Below, in pieces: positions 9,521 to 19,227 of a stretch of DNA of 64,000 nucleotides. The notes under the pieces were generated by a model. The model worked only from the letters and a program-made list of their open reading frames with translations. It did no database searches and was not told the origin of the DNA. Origin of the DNA: Hyphomonas sp. GTDB taxonomy: Bacteria; Pseudomonadota; Alphaproteobacteria; Caulobacterales; Hyphomonadaceae. Both the position numbers and the translations under genes were made by a program. The stretch's first letter is position 1, and each line of letters begins with the position of its first letter. The DNA lies in NCBI GenBank assembly GCA_050633385.1, contig JBOEGK010000037.1, positions 6,606 to 70,605 of the forward strand, in the 5' to 3' direction.

Positions 9521-9728
9521 AATGATGACCTGCTGTCTGCGTTTTGCGTGTTATGGCCTAAAAACACCCATCGTATCAATTGAGTGTGACGCTATGTATC
9601 TTTTGCTCCGCATAAGCAGTTCGAGGGTTGCCGGCCTGAACAGCGCGGGCAAAAAGTGGCAATTGCTACGCTGATACTTCGAATTTGACCCTTGGCGAGT
9701 GTCTGTTAGCTCGTTACAAAACAAGCGA

Positions 9729-9742
9729 TGATACCGGTTTCC
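9729..9742. promoter_or_regulatory. LacI-family operator candidate between lacI and the divergent hydratase gene
   Basis: TGATACCGGTTTCC(A), 40 nt upstream of the ATG at 9782. Confidence 0.7.
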
Positions 9743-9781
9743 ATCTGTGTCTGCACTGGACTTAAGCTAAATGAGGCGCAC

Positions 9782-10606
9782 ATGAACACTAAATCTGCTG
9801 AGCAAAATTTGGATGCAATCGAAAAACGGGCAAAGTGTCTTACAGATGCGCGTCGTCGCGCGCTTGGTTTCGATACATACCCTGATCCACTCCCAGTGAG
9901 TTTGGATGAGGCTTACGACATTCAAGACAAAGCGATTTCGCTATGGGCCGATGAACTGTCAGGTTGGAAGGTTGGGCGTATTACGGGTGACAATGAGGTC
10001 AGGTTTGGTACTGACCGTTTTGCTGGGCCGGTCTTCTCTCGTCTTGTGCAAAAGCGCTCCGGGCAGGCCATCATCATGCCCGTATTTGAAAATGGATTCA
10101 CGGCGGTAGAAGGCGAAATCACTGCGGTGATTGCGCACGATGCCGACCCGGCCAAAGTGAATTACACGACCGAAGAAGCGCTCGCTATGATCGGAGCGCT
10201 GCATATGGGGGTTGAGATTGCGAGCAGCCCGTTCTCAAGAATCAATGAATTTGGCCCCTTGGTGACGATATCTGATTTTGGGAACAATTACGGATTGATC
10301 CTCGGTGATAAGATTTCAAACTGGCAAGACTTCAAGTTTGAGGAGTGGGAGTTTACGACCCACATTAACGGCAAGGAAGTGGGCCGCGCGATACCCACAG
10401 GGCTGCCCGGTGGTCCGGTTGAGTCTGTTCGCTTCTTGCTTGAGAATACGGCGAGGCGCGGTTTGCCTGTCAAAGCAGGGATGATGATTCTGACTGGCGC
10501 GATTACAGGAGTGCACCAGGCCCATATTGGCGATACTGCTGTGGTCGGCTTTTCTGGATTGGCCTCTGTTTCGTGCGAGCTGACGACGCAAAACGCTGCT
10601 GGCTGA
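9782..10606 (+). CDS. 2-keto-4-pentenoate hydratase / fumarylacetoacetate hydrolase family protein
   Basis: AYDIQ, GWKVG, VEGEI, GMMILTGAITG. Confidence 0.85.
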   Translation: MNTKSAEQNLDAIEKRAKCLTDARRRALGFDTYPDPLPVSLDEAYDIQDKAISLWADELSGWKVGRITGDNEVRFGTDRFAGPVFSRLVQKRSGQAIIMPVFENGFTAVEGEITAVIAHDADPAKVNYTTEEALAMIGALHMGVEIASSPFSRINEFGPLVTISDFGNNYGLILGDKISNWQDFKFEEWEFTTHINGKEVGRAIPTGLPGGPVESVRFLLENTARRGLPVKAGMMILTGAITGVHQAHIGDTAVVGFSGLASVSCELTTQNAAG

Positions 10607-10929
10607 GGCCGTGACAGTGATCTGACGCCATCCAAACACCAGCAAGCTGGTTCCAAGGCGTTTGAAGAACACGACTTCCAGAAATTTCAGGGACTTATGT
10701 GTGGTCTTTAGGGGTGTCTGCATCTGCGTATTAGTCATTGCAGCTGTCACGGAGAGCGACAATGATAGCTTGGGCGTGCGAGCGAAAACATATTCTTGAG
10801 ATTGAAGCGCGTTTCGCACGCCCCCTAGAGTTGCTCCGGATTTTTGTGACGCGCTTGCACGTGTGGCGTGAATTTTTCTTGGCTGTTCGCGGAAATGTTA
10901 CTTGAGAGTTGAATTATTCCCTGTTGAGA

Positions 10930-10943
10930 TGACATCGGTGTCA
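10930..10943. promoter_or_regulatory. LacI-family operator candidate upstream of the Pgl-like gene
   Basis: TGACATCGGTGTCA, one mismatch from a perfect palindrome. Confidence 0.7.
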
Positions 10944-11074
10944 GGCATGTTGTGTAAATCTGTCGAAATTCCCAGCACAGCCTCGCTGGACAAATAATGC
11001 CGCTGAGAGTTGATCTCTCAGCATCCTAATTGGCCTGATGCGTCACAAAAAATAATGCAGATTGGGAGAATGAA

Positions 11075-11773
11075 ATGACTACGGTAGGATCTAAAAGTCT
11101 GTTGCTCAGCATGCCCACTGAGACCCGCGTTGCGCAAACGGTCGCGTCATTGGCATGCGCGGCGTTGAGGGATGACATCCAAGCCCATGGCAGGGCCTCG
11201 CTCGTCACATCAGCAAGTTCTGATGTCGAGGGGATCTTACCTTTCCTGTTCGCGGAGACCATAGATTGGACGCGTGTCAGTGTCGGATTAGTGGCGTCGG
11301 CTGTGCAAACGGGGGCTCCAAGTGGGGCGTCTTGGGTTGAAATTGCATTGCGCGCATCGGCGGCGGGTGCAGCTGCTTTCGTTCCGATGGGAGGCCGGTC
11401 GTGCGACCCCGAGGTGGATACGAAGCTTGCTGATGATGCTTATCTCACTCAATTGCCTTTCAGTTTCTCACTTTTGACCTTGGAGGATGATGGTAGTGTA
11501 CCGGGATGGGGCGACGACCATCGAAGATTTTCTGGCGAAACCGATCAGTCTGTAGATTGGCGTTCGGTCGAGGATGCGACGCCGGGGGCGTATCAACTTG
11601 CTCTGACGCGTGCCGCACTATCGCGGTCTCGCCGTGCCGCTCTGGTATTGAAGGGCGACGTGCAGTGTCGCGCATTTGAGCTGGAAATGCAGCAATATAT
11701 TTATCAAGCGCCAATTAGGGGGATTGTTGAAGATCTCGGGGCACGGATGTTTATTTTTAACTCACCCGGGTGA
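11075..11773 (+). CDS. Divergent 6-phosphogluconolactonase-fold protein lacking the usual catalytic motifs
   Basis: Pgl-like framework (I..HGRASLV, IDWTRVSVGLV, AAAFVPM, LALTRAALSRSRR, PIRGIV), but SGGSTP, DERWV and GMGEDGHTAS are not present. Confidence 0.6.
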   Translation: MTTVGSKSLLLSMPTETRVAQTVASLACAALRDDIQAHGRASLVTSASSDVEGILPFLFAETIDWTRVSVGLVASAVQTGAPSGASWVEIALRASAAGAAAFVPMGGRSCDPEVDTKLADDAYLTQLPFSFSLLTLEDDGSVPGWGDDHRRFSGETDQSVDWRSVEDATPGAYQLALTRAALSRSRRAALVLKGDVQCRAFELEMQQYIYQAPIRGIVEDLGARMFIFNSPG

Positions 11774-12547
11774 CATTTCAGGCGGTGTAGCTGGGCCAAG
11801 TAATTGGACGGTTTCATCAGTCACGCGCGCCTGAATGCCGTAAACGTCTGCGATACGTTCGGAGGTTAGAGTTTGTTTGACAGTTCCATCGGCTATAATT
11901 TTTCCGGACTGCATCCAAATAAGCCGCGTCGCGTAGCGCGCAGCGATGGCTATATCGTGCAAGACGACAAGTGCACCATTTCCGCGCTGAACATAAGCGG
12001 CGATAATATCCATAATCCCAAATTGATGGCGGGGGTCCAAGGCGGCGATTGGCTCGTCAGCGATGAGCATGGGCGTCGTAGCGGCGAGCGCTCTCGCAAA
12101 ATGCACGCGGGCCAGTTCTCCACCCGATAGTGTATCCGTCCGCCGATCAACTAAATGTGTGAGTGAGCAGTCCGCAATGGCCGCATCCACAGCGGCTTGA
12201 TCTGTTTCATTCATTTTTGAAAGTGCGGCGCCATGGGCAAATCGACCAAGAGCGACGACGTCGGCGACCCTAATCGGCCAAGCGAGCGGTCGGGCTTGGG
12301 GGAGGTATGACAATTGCCGTGCACGTGTTTGTGGGGGGAGGGTCGCTGTGTCGTTCTCGCCGAGTGTTGCTTTGCCGTTTTGAACTGGTGTGAGGCCAAT
12401 GGCGCCTCGAAGCAGGCTTGTTTTTCCCGCGCCATTCGGACCGAGCAGGACGACGAGTTCGCCCGGACGGAGCGCGAAACTGGCATTTTGAACAAGTGAG
12501 GCGTCGCCTGCTGTTACAGACAAATTATCGACGATAAGATCGGTCAT
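11762..12547 (-). CDS. Cobalamin/siderophore ABC transporter ATPase (BtuD-like)
   Basis: GPNGAGKT, LSGGE, ADEP; start at ATG 12547 overlapping the permease stop. Confidence 0.9.
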   Translation of the reverse strand: MTDLIVDNLSVTAGDASLVQNASFALRPGELVVLLGPNGAGKTSLLRGAIGLTPVQNGKATLGENDTATLPPQTRARQLSYLPQARPLAWPIRVADVVALGRFAHGAALSKMNETDQAAVDAAIADCSLTHLVDRRTDTLSGGELARVHFARALAATTPMLIADEPIAALDPRHQFGIMDIIAAYVQRGNGALVVLHDIAIAARYATRLIWMQSGKIIADGTVKQTLTSERIADVYGIQARVTDETVQLLGPATPPEMSPG

Positions 12548-13533
12548 TCGGCACCTCGTCTTTGGAGGGCAATCCAAATGAAAGCCGGTGCCCCTATAAG
12601 GGCGGCGAGAACGCCAAGTTTGAGTTCGTTGGGGCTGGGAATAAGACGCACGCCAATGTCTGCGAGGACGAGAATAATCCCAGACAAAAGCGCGGCAGGA
12701 AGCAGGGTGCGGGCCGGATCATGCTGCACGAAGGGGCGGACAAGGTGTGGCGCGACGATGCCGACAAAACCGATAGCGCCGGCCAGTGCCACAGCAGCGC
12801 CCGTCGCGAGCCCCGCGCCGAGAACAACGGCAAGGCGTTGACGCGAGAGGTTGAGGCCAGCCCCGGCGGCGGCTTCTTCGCCTAAGGTGAGCACTGATAG
12901 ACCTCGACGTGTGGCGAATAGAATGGCAACGCCGGCAAGCATAAAGGGCGCGGAAAAGCCGATATCCTTAAGGCTGCGATTTGCGACCGAGCCGAGCATC
13001 CAGTTTATCATATCAGACAGTGAGAACGGATTAGGCGCGAGGTTCATTAGTAAGCTCATCAGCGCACCTGCAAAACTGGATAGCCCAACGCCGATGAGGA
13101 TTAGCGTTATGACGGAGCGGGTGCGAAGCGCTGTCAACGCCAGAACACCCGTTGCCACCATGGCGCCAATGATGGCGCCAATAGGCAGAAACCATGGGTT
13201 CAGTGAGACGAGGCCATAATAGATGGTAAATGTTGCCCCCAAGGCCGCGCTGGCCGAGACGCCGAGCACACCGGGTTCGGCAAGTGGGTTTCTGAGGAGC
13301 CCTTGCAATGCAGCGCCGCTAACCCCGAGAGCGGCGCCTACTGAATATGCAGCGAGTATGCGCGGCACGCGGATTTGCCAGACAATGATTTGATCGACAG
13401 CATCACCATTGCCAAATAAGGCGGCCGTTACACGGGGTAGGCTCATACTGGTGGAGCCCAGCAGACAGCCGAGAAGCAGCGTGACAAAACTGAATAGGAG
13501 GAGTGCGGGGATGAGTGCGCGTTGATGTGTCAT
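12544..13533 (-). CDS. btuC: FecCD/BtuC-family ABC permease
   Basis: QGLLRNPLAEPGVLGVS, GAIGFVGIVAPH; in a B12-riboswitch-led operon. Confidence 0.85.
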   Translation of the reverse strand: MTHQRALIPALLLFSFVTLLLGCLLGSTSMSLPRVTAALFGNGDAVDQIIVWQIRVPRILAAYSVGAALGVSGAALQGLLRNPLAEPGVLGVSASAALGATFTIYYGLVSLNPWFLPIGAIIGAMVATGVLALTALRTRSVITLILIGVGLSSFAGALMSLLMNLAPNPFSLSDMINWMLGSVANRSLKDIGFSAPFMLAGVAILFATRRGLSVLTLGEEAAAGAGLNLSRQRLAVVLGAGLATGAAVALAGAIGFVGIVAPHLVRPFVQHDPARTLLPAALLSGIILVLADIGVRLIPSPNELKLGVLAALIGAPAFIWIALQRRGAE

Positions 13534-14363
13534 TGCGCACCTTTTGCCATCGCTTCGACAGCATCGAGTGTGAACCATCCGTTGCAAGATGTCCACGCGC
13601 CGGGAAGGTCTACGATGGGACGACTGTTCATTAGATTTTCTGCGACCGGATGACGGGATGAGGACCACCCGTTGAGGTTATTCGCGCTGGAGTCAAAGAA
13701 TGCCGTCACGATTAAATCGGGGGCTTCATGTGCGAGACGCTCTAAGGGTAGACTTTGCCAGCCTGTGCGCATGTCGTAATTGCTGAGACCTGCAGTCTGC
13801 ATCAATTCGTCTATCAGTGTTCCGCTGCCGGATGTTGCACCCGTTGGCGTCATATACATGGCTTTAGGGGGCGGTGATTTTACGGCTAGTGCAGCGATGC
13901 GTGCCTGCATCTCAGCGGCGACTTGTTCGCCATGGTCTGGCGCGCCCAAAGCCGCCGCAGTGTCTTTTACATTGGTTTGGATGTCGCTCAGCGTGGCCGC
14001 CCATCCAAGTGTGATGACGGGGATGTCAGCTTGCGCGAAAAAACGTTCCGCATTCGGTCCGCCACCATAAGAGCGCACGATGAGGTCTGGTTTTAGCATC
14101 ATGACATCTTCGGCACTGGACCGAACGGTGGGAATGCCTTCAGCGGACTTGGCCATGTAAGAGAAGGGTTTGGCCGCATCAGGGCTGAGGGCCAATATAC
14201 GTTCTGGCGGTACGAATTTTAGAACATACTGATCGGCGCAGACATCCAGACTAACGACGCGGAGGGGGGATGAAGAAAGGGAGGGGGGAGGTGAGCTATC
14301 CGCCGCATTATCTGTGCACGCACAAAGCGCAAAGCAGAAGAATGTGGCGAATAGTATTTTCAT
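13530..14363 (-). CDS. btuF: Periplasmic cobalamin-binding lipoprotein (BtuF-like)
   Basis: Lipobox ALCA-C, RVVSLDVCADQYVL, EDVMMLKPDL. Confidence 0.8.
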   Translation of the reverse strand: MKILFATFFCFALCACTDNAADSSPPPSLSSSPLRVVSLDVCADQYVLKFVPPERILALSPDAAKPFSYMAKSAEGIPTVRSSAEDVMMLKPDLIVRSYGGGPNAERFFAQADIPVITLGWAATLSDIQTNVKDTAAALGAPDHGEQVAAEMQARIAALAVKSPPPKAMYMTPTGATSGSGTLIDELMQTAGLSNYDMRTGWQSLPLERLAHEAPDLIVTAFFDSSANNLNGWSSSRHPVAENLMNSRPIVDLPGAWTSCNGWFTLDAVEAMAKGAQ

Positions 14364-14373
14364 TTGATGTAGC

Positions 14374-16269
14374 CTAGCGGAAGGTTAGTCCGACATAAAT
14401 ACCTGCGCCGGGAGCGTGGTATCCGAACACGTCTGTGCTGGTTTCGTCGAACAGATTTTCCCCTCTTACTGTGAAGCTTGCTCTTTCTGCGAATGGCAGT
14501 TCAAAGCGAGCGCTCGCAAGCGTGTAAGAGTCGATGGTGACGGCGCTGAATGTACCGAAATCGGTATCGCCTTGCTTGCCGACATAATCGAAAGCAATGG
14601 ACAGGCGCCCGTCACCGAACTGGTTGACGTCCTCGATGCTCCAATCTGCGCTTAAACTGGCGGTATCTTCGGGCACGCGAATCTCATCAACGCCAGCGGC
14701 TTCACTGGTCGTGTTTGTGTACTGCGCATTTAGGCTGAATGCGCCAAACTCGGCGGCGGCTGCGATTTCTACACCAGAACGATCGCTATCTGTTGTGCGA
14801 TTGGCGGGAGATGAGGTGAAGTCTGGGTTGAACACCGTGTAGATTTCATTCTCCAGATCGGCCTCAAAATAGGTGGCCGACAGCGTTACGTTTCCGCTGG
14901 CGAGAGGGAAGGCGTGATCGACACCAATATCCCAGCCAAGGGAAGATTCCGGTTCGAGGTTCGGGTTGCCAATAAAGGATGCCGGGAAGAAACCGAACAG
15001 TTCTGTGAAGGTTGGGTTTTTGACCGCTTCACCGGCTGTCGCGCGAACGCGAAGGCTAGGTAGGACATCATAAGCGCCGCCGACACGCCATGTGGTGGCA
15101 TCGTCGAATTGGCTGTCATTGAAATCTTGACGTGCTGACGCGGTGAGTGTGAGCGCATCGGCTGAATAGCGATACTCTGCTGCCAAGGCCTGAGAGGTGA
15201 AGTCTACAGATTGGTTTGGATCTCCAAACAGCGTGTCTGTGGATTGGCGTTCATATTCCTCACGTTCCCACTCTGTTAATCCTGTGAGGCGATGTGTGCC
15301 ATCGTTCAGAATGTCGAATGATGGGCTCCATGATACTTTCGTCCGCGTACCTTCGGTTTCGCCAGTGTAGGCACCATTCGCAGTGTTCTCACGCTCGACG
15401 CTATTATAACTGGCCGAGAGTGTGTGATCGAGTTGGCCATAGTCTCGCGCGGCGTTGATTCCGAGGATGTTTTGGTTTGACTCGGTCTCTTGATCGACAT
15501 TGTTGAGCAGGCCGTCAAAGTCGGTGTCAGAATCAAACTCGGACGTGCTGTGGCGCATAAGACCGAGGCCGGAAATGTCCCAGTTTGCCAGCGTTGTTTT
15601 GCCCGTGATCTGCACTGAGCGAGCGTCTGATCCGTCTTTCTCTGCATCCAGGCCAGATGTGTCGACGCCGCGTGTTGTTGCGCCTGTCACTGAGACAAGT
15701 AGGCGAGATGTGTCAGACGGGCTGGCATTGACTGCAATCGAGCCGTTGAGCGTGTCGAACGCACCGCCTTCGATGTGGCCGGAGACGAGAGAGTCTGTTT
15801 CGCTGGCACGTAAGGCAACAACACCGCCAATTGCGTCTGATCCGTGTATGGACGAGGCTGGGCCTCGCAACACATCGATACGACCGACAGGTAGAGCGGA
15901 GATGAGGCCAAAATCTGTCTCACCATTTACGGGATCGGAGATTTCGATGCCTTCATAAGTCGTCAAAGTGTGGTTGGCTTCGGCACCGCGAATACGGACT
16001 TGGGTTAATCCGCCAAGGCTGCCTGAACGCGAGACTGAAACACCCGGAGCAGCGCGCAAACTGTCAACTGGGTTGATCGTGGAGCGCACGTCTGTCGGGA
16101 CAGTGATGATGGCGCCGATTGTATCGTCAATCGCCGTGGGACGGAGACCTTCAACAAAGACAACGTCTTGGCGGTCTTCGGCCTGCGTTTCGGATAGATC
16201 TGCGGCTTGCGCGAGCGCGGTAAGGGAGGAAGCTGTCGCCAAGGCGGCGAGGGTGGTAAAGCGTAGCAT
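14374..16269 (-). CDS. btuB: TonB-dependent cobalamin receptor
   Basis: Signal peptide, plug motif IRGAEANHT and RIDVLRGPASSIHGSDAIGGV, ENLFD, aromatic C-terminus; directly downstream of a cobalamin riboswitch. Confidence 0.9.
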   Translation of the reverse strand: MLRFTTLAALATASSLTALAQAADLSETQAEDRQDVVFVEGLRPTAIDDTIGAIITVPTDVRSTINPVDSLRAAPGVSVSRSGSLGGLTQVRIRGAEANHTLTTYEGIEISDPVNGETDFGLISALPVGRIDVLRGPASSIHGSDAIGGVVALRASETDSLVSGHIEGGAFDTLNGSIAVNASPSDTSRLLVSVTGATTRGVDTSGLDAEKDGSDARSVQITGKTTLANWDISGLGLMRHSTSEFDSDTDFDGLLNNVDQETESNQNILGINAARDYGQLDHTLSASYNSVERENTANGAYTGETEGTRTKVSWSPSFDILNDGTHRLTGLTEWEREEYERQSTDTLFGDPNQSVDFTSQALAAEYRYSADALTLTASARQDFNDSQFDDATTWRVGGAYDVLPSLRVRATAGEAVKNPTFTELFGFFPASFIGNPNLEPESSLGWDIGVDHAFPLASGNVTLSATYFEADLENEIYTVFNPDFTSSPANRTTDSDRSGVEIAAAAEFGAFSLNAQYTNTTSEAAGVDEIRVPEDTASLSADWSIEDVNQFGDGRLSIAFDYVGKQGDTDFGTFSAVTIDSYTLASARFELPFAERASFTVRGENLFDETSTDVFGYHAPGAGIYVGLTFR

Positions 16270-16383
16270 TGTTGCACACTCCGTTGGCCCGCTACGAGCT
16301 GTAGCAGGCGGGGTTTATACGAAGTCGTGAAACGGAGTCATCTCCGTCGCCCATTGACTGTTCCCGGTCAGGGGCAAACGACA

Positions 16384-16550
16384 GTGATGGTAGGTCTCCT
16401 GGCTTGCCGATCGTCACGTCTGGTCGCCTTCCCGGATTGCTCCAGTGGCTTTGATTGACCAGCCGCTCCCGGCTTACAGTTGCGGGTACAGCCACGGTTT
16501 TGAACCGCGTTCCCTCTTAGGCCTATCTGCAAACAGACAGGCACCATCAC
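16384..16550 (-). ncRNA. Cobalamin (B12) riboswitch
   Basis: Minus strand reads GGTGCC...AAGAGGGAACGCGG-TTCAAAA-CCGTGGCTGTACCCGCAACTGTAA...GCCACTG...GGGAAGG...AAGCCAGGAGACCTACC, the standard B12-element core. Confidence 0.95.
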
Positions 16551-16766
16551 GCGCTAGCCTATCGGGAAAATTGACCTGACTGTCAATTGAATGAGGCTGC
16601 GGCGGTTCGGCGCTGGCCGCTCATTTGACGCGTCTAAAAGGTGGTGGAAAATGGCGTGAATGCGCTAGTTTTTGGCGTGGTTCCCTTTACGGTATGCGTT
16701 GACGAGGTCGAGTCGGATGGCATCATTGCAAAAAACAGACGGCTTGAGCCGCTAGGGAGATGCTGA

Positions 16767-18251
16767 ATGAGTAAAAATGGTAGCCGAACAGACATGCGAA
16801 TTGCCATTCTCGGCGCGGGGATGAGCGGACTGTGTATGGCCGTGAAGCTGAAAGAAGCTGGCTATTCGCAGATCACGATTTTTGAGAAATCAGACGGTGT
16901 AGGCGGCACGTGGCGCGCGAATACCTATCCGGGCTGTGGGTGTGATGTGCCGAGCCATTTGTATTCATACTCTTTCGACCTGAACCCGAATTGGGATTAT
17001 AAATGGTCTCTGCAGCCACAAATTTTGCAATATTTCAATGACTTTGCTGACAAGCATGATGTGAGGCAATATTGTCAGTTCAACACACAGATCAATGAAT
17101 GCAAATATGATGAGGCGAGCGCGACGTGGAGTGTGACGGACGCTAATGGCGCGACCAGCGAATTCGATATGGTCGTATCGGGGCTGGGGCAACTTAACAT
17201 ACCCCACACACCGGAATTTCCTGGTGCCAGTGATTTCAAGGGCGCTAGCTTTCACTCAGCAGAGTGGGATCATTCGGTCGATTTATCTGGCAAGACGGTA
17301 TGCGTGGTCGGGAATGGGCCGAGTGCGGTTCAGTTTATTCCACCTGTTCAGCAAATGGCTGGAAAGCTCATCAACTTTCAACGGTCGCCGGCATGGTGTC
17401 GTCCGCGCGGCCAACGCGAATATACGGAGAGAGATAAGAAGCTTTTCGCATCGCAACCCTTCCGCATGAATTGGTATCGCTGGCGCATTCGTGCCTATGC
17501 TGACTTTGGCTTCGGGGCGTTTAAGCAAAAAGCACCGATGAAGATGGACAAGTCAATGAAAGACATGTGCCAGAAGCATTTTGAGGATCAGGTCACTGAT
17601 CCGAAGATGCGCGAATTGTTACAGCCTGATTTCGACCCCGGTTGTAAGCGTGTTCTTATTTCAGATGATTATTATCCGGCTCTCTGTCAACCGAATGTCG
17701 AAGTGGTGCGAGAGGGCGTTGAGCGCATTACGGAAACAGGGGTTGTTGGAACTGACGGTACAGAGCGTGCGTGTGATGTCATCATCTATGGCACGGGATT
17801 TCGTTCGACAGAGTTCCTGACGCCTATGGAAGTGTTCGGACGCGATGGTGCGCGTCTGAATGATGTGTGGAACGACGGGCCATCCGCGTATAAGGGCGTC
17901 GCGGTTTCGGGATTTCCAAACTTCTTCATGCTGTACGGGCCGAACACGAATCTTGGACACAACTCGATTATTCTGATGGTCGAATATCAAGCCGATTACA
18001 TTGTGAAATGTGCGAATAAGCTTGCTGAGCTCGGTGTCGCAGCTGTTGATGTAACGCCGAAAGCGATGCGTGAATGGAATGAGACCCTGCAAGCCAATCT
18101 GGATAAGACAGTGTGGGCTGGCGATTGCTCAAGCTGGTATAAAACCGAGAGTGGTAAGATCACCAATAACTGGTCTGGCACCACGGTTGAGTATGGCAAG
18201 CAAATGAAGGGGCCAGAATGGGATGCCTATCAGGTGTTTCATTCGTCTTAG
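16767..18251 (+). CDS. Flavin-containing monooxygenase (Baeyer-Villiger/FMO family)
   Basis: GAGMSG, GGTWRANTYPGCGCDVPS, FHSAEWDH, YGTGF, LYGPN. Confidence 0.9.
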   Translation: MSKNGSRTDMRIAILGAGMSGLCMAVKLKEAGYSQITIFEKSDGVGGTWRANTYPGCGCDVPSHLYSYSFDLNPNWDYKWSLQPQILQYFNDFADKHDVRQYCQFNTQINECKYDEASATWSVTDANGATSEFDMVVSGLGQLNIPHTPEFPGASDFKGASFHSAEWDHSVDLSGKTVCVVGNGPSAVQFIPPVQQMAGKLINFQRSPAWCRPRGQREYTERDKKLFASQPFRMNWYRWRIRAYADFGFGAFKQKAPMKMDKSMKDMCQKHFEDQVTDPKMRELLQPDFDPGCKRVLISDDYYPALCQPNVEVVREGVERITETGVVGTDGTERACDVIIYGTGFRSTEFLTPMEVFGRDGARLNDVWNDGPSAYKGVAVSGFPNFFMLYGPNTNLGHNSIILMVEYQADYIVKCANKLAELGVAAVDVTPKAMREWNETLQANLDKTVWAGDCSSWYKTESGKITNNWSGTTVEYGKQMKGPEWDAYQVFHSS

Positions 18252-18309
18252 ATTCAGCGATGGGGCAACCGGGTGAACCCTTGGATTGCCCCGAGCTGTT
18301 ATTGTTCAG

Positions 18310-19158
18310 CTACATGGGTTTGGTTTTGAGTTTTGCGAGGTTTGAGAAATCAGCTGTGCGGCGTTCTGCATTGGCTTTGATGGCCTCTTGCATTCGGGGT
18401 GGCGGCAACATTGAAGCGTTCCAAACACCGATATAGTCGAGCGTGTCGGCAGTATTGTGGTCGCGACCATAATTGATCAGCGTCTTGCAGCCTGTCACGG
18501 TGAGTGGGTCTTTTGAGGCAATTTCTGCGGCAACGCCCAGCACATGCTCGATTACCTCTTCATGCGTGTCGAAGATCTCATTTACGAGGCCAATCTCTTT
18601 GGCTTTCTGCGCTGGCAGGCGCATCCCGGTATAGGCCATTTGCTTGGCCCAGCCTTCGGGGATGTAGCGTTGCAATCTGGGGAAGGTGCCGACATCAGCG
18701 GTCATGGCAATATTGGTTTCCATGATGGTGAAGAACGCGTCTTTGGTGCACCAGCGAATATCGGCGGCTGAAATCATATCAATCGCGCCGCCGATAACGC
18801 CGCCCTGACAGGCAACAAGCACTGGCATGCGAGCGTCTTCAAGCGCATTGAAGGAAGACTGGATCTGCTTGACGTTGCAGCGGAAGGCTTCGGCGGCGAC
18901 GTATTGGTCGGCTGGTTTGTCTTCGTTTGGTTTTGGCGTAAAAACAGAAAGGTCCATACCCGCGCTGAAATGCTTGCCTGTGGATGAGATAACGATGACG
19001 CGAGCGAGGGCCTCAGTGTTAATCTCATTGATGATTTCGGGCAGTTCGTTCCAGAATGCGATATTCATCGTATTCAGTTCATCAGGGCGGTTCATCTGCA
19101 AGTGAGCGATGTTGTCTTTGATTTCAACGTCAAAGCAAGCATAGGATTTCATTGTCAT
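18310..19158 (-). CDS. Enoyl-CoA hydratase/isomerase (crotonase) family protein
   Basis: GKHFSAGMDL, GGAIDM, ADVGTFPRL; start ATG 19158 preferred. Confidence 0.9.
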   Translation of the reverse strand: MTMKSYACFDVEIKDNIAHLQMNRPDELNTMNIAFWNELPEIINEINTEALARVIVISSTGKHFSAGMDLSVFTPKPNEDKPADQYVAAEAFRCNVKQIQSSFNALEDARMPVLVACQGGVIGGAIDMISAADIRWCTKDAFFTIMETNIAMTADVGTFPRLQRYIPEGWAKQMAYTGMRLPAQKAKEIGLVNEIFDTHEEVIEHVLGVAAEIASKDPLTVTGCKTLINYGRDHNTADTLDYIGVWNASMLPPPRMQEAIKANAERRTADFSNLAKLKTKPM

Positions 19159-19227
19159 GTTGGGCGTTCTCCGGTTTTTGAGAAACGCTAGCATGTGATG
19201 ATGAGCTTCGTCAGCTGTGACGACAGG

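Noticed and set aside
10607-10920. Long intergenic stretch that might hold another gene remnant
   Set aside because: Translations of the frames examined gave no recognisable motif or RBS-start pair
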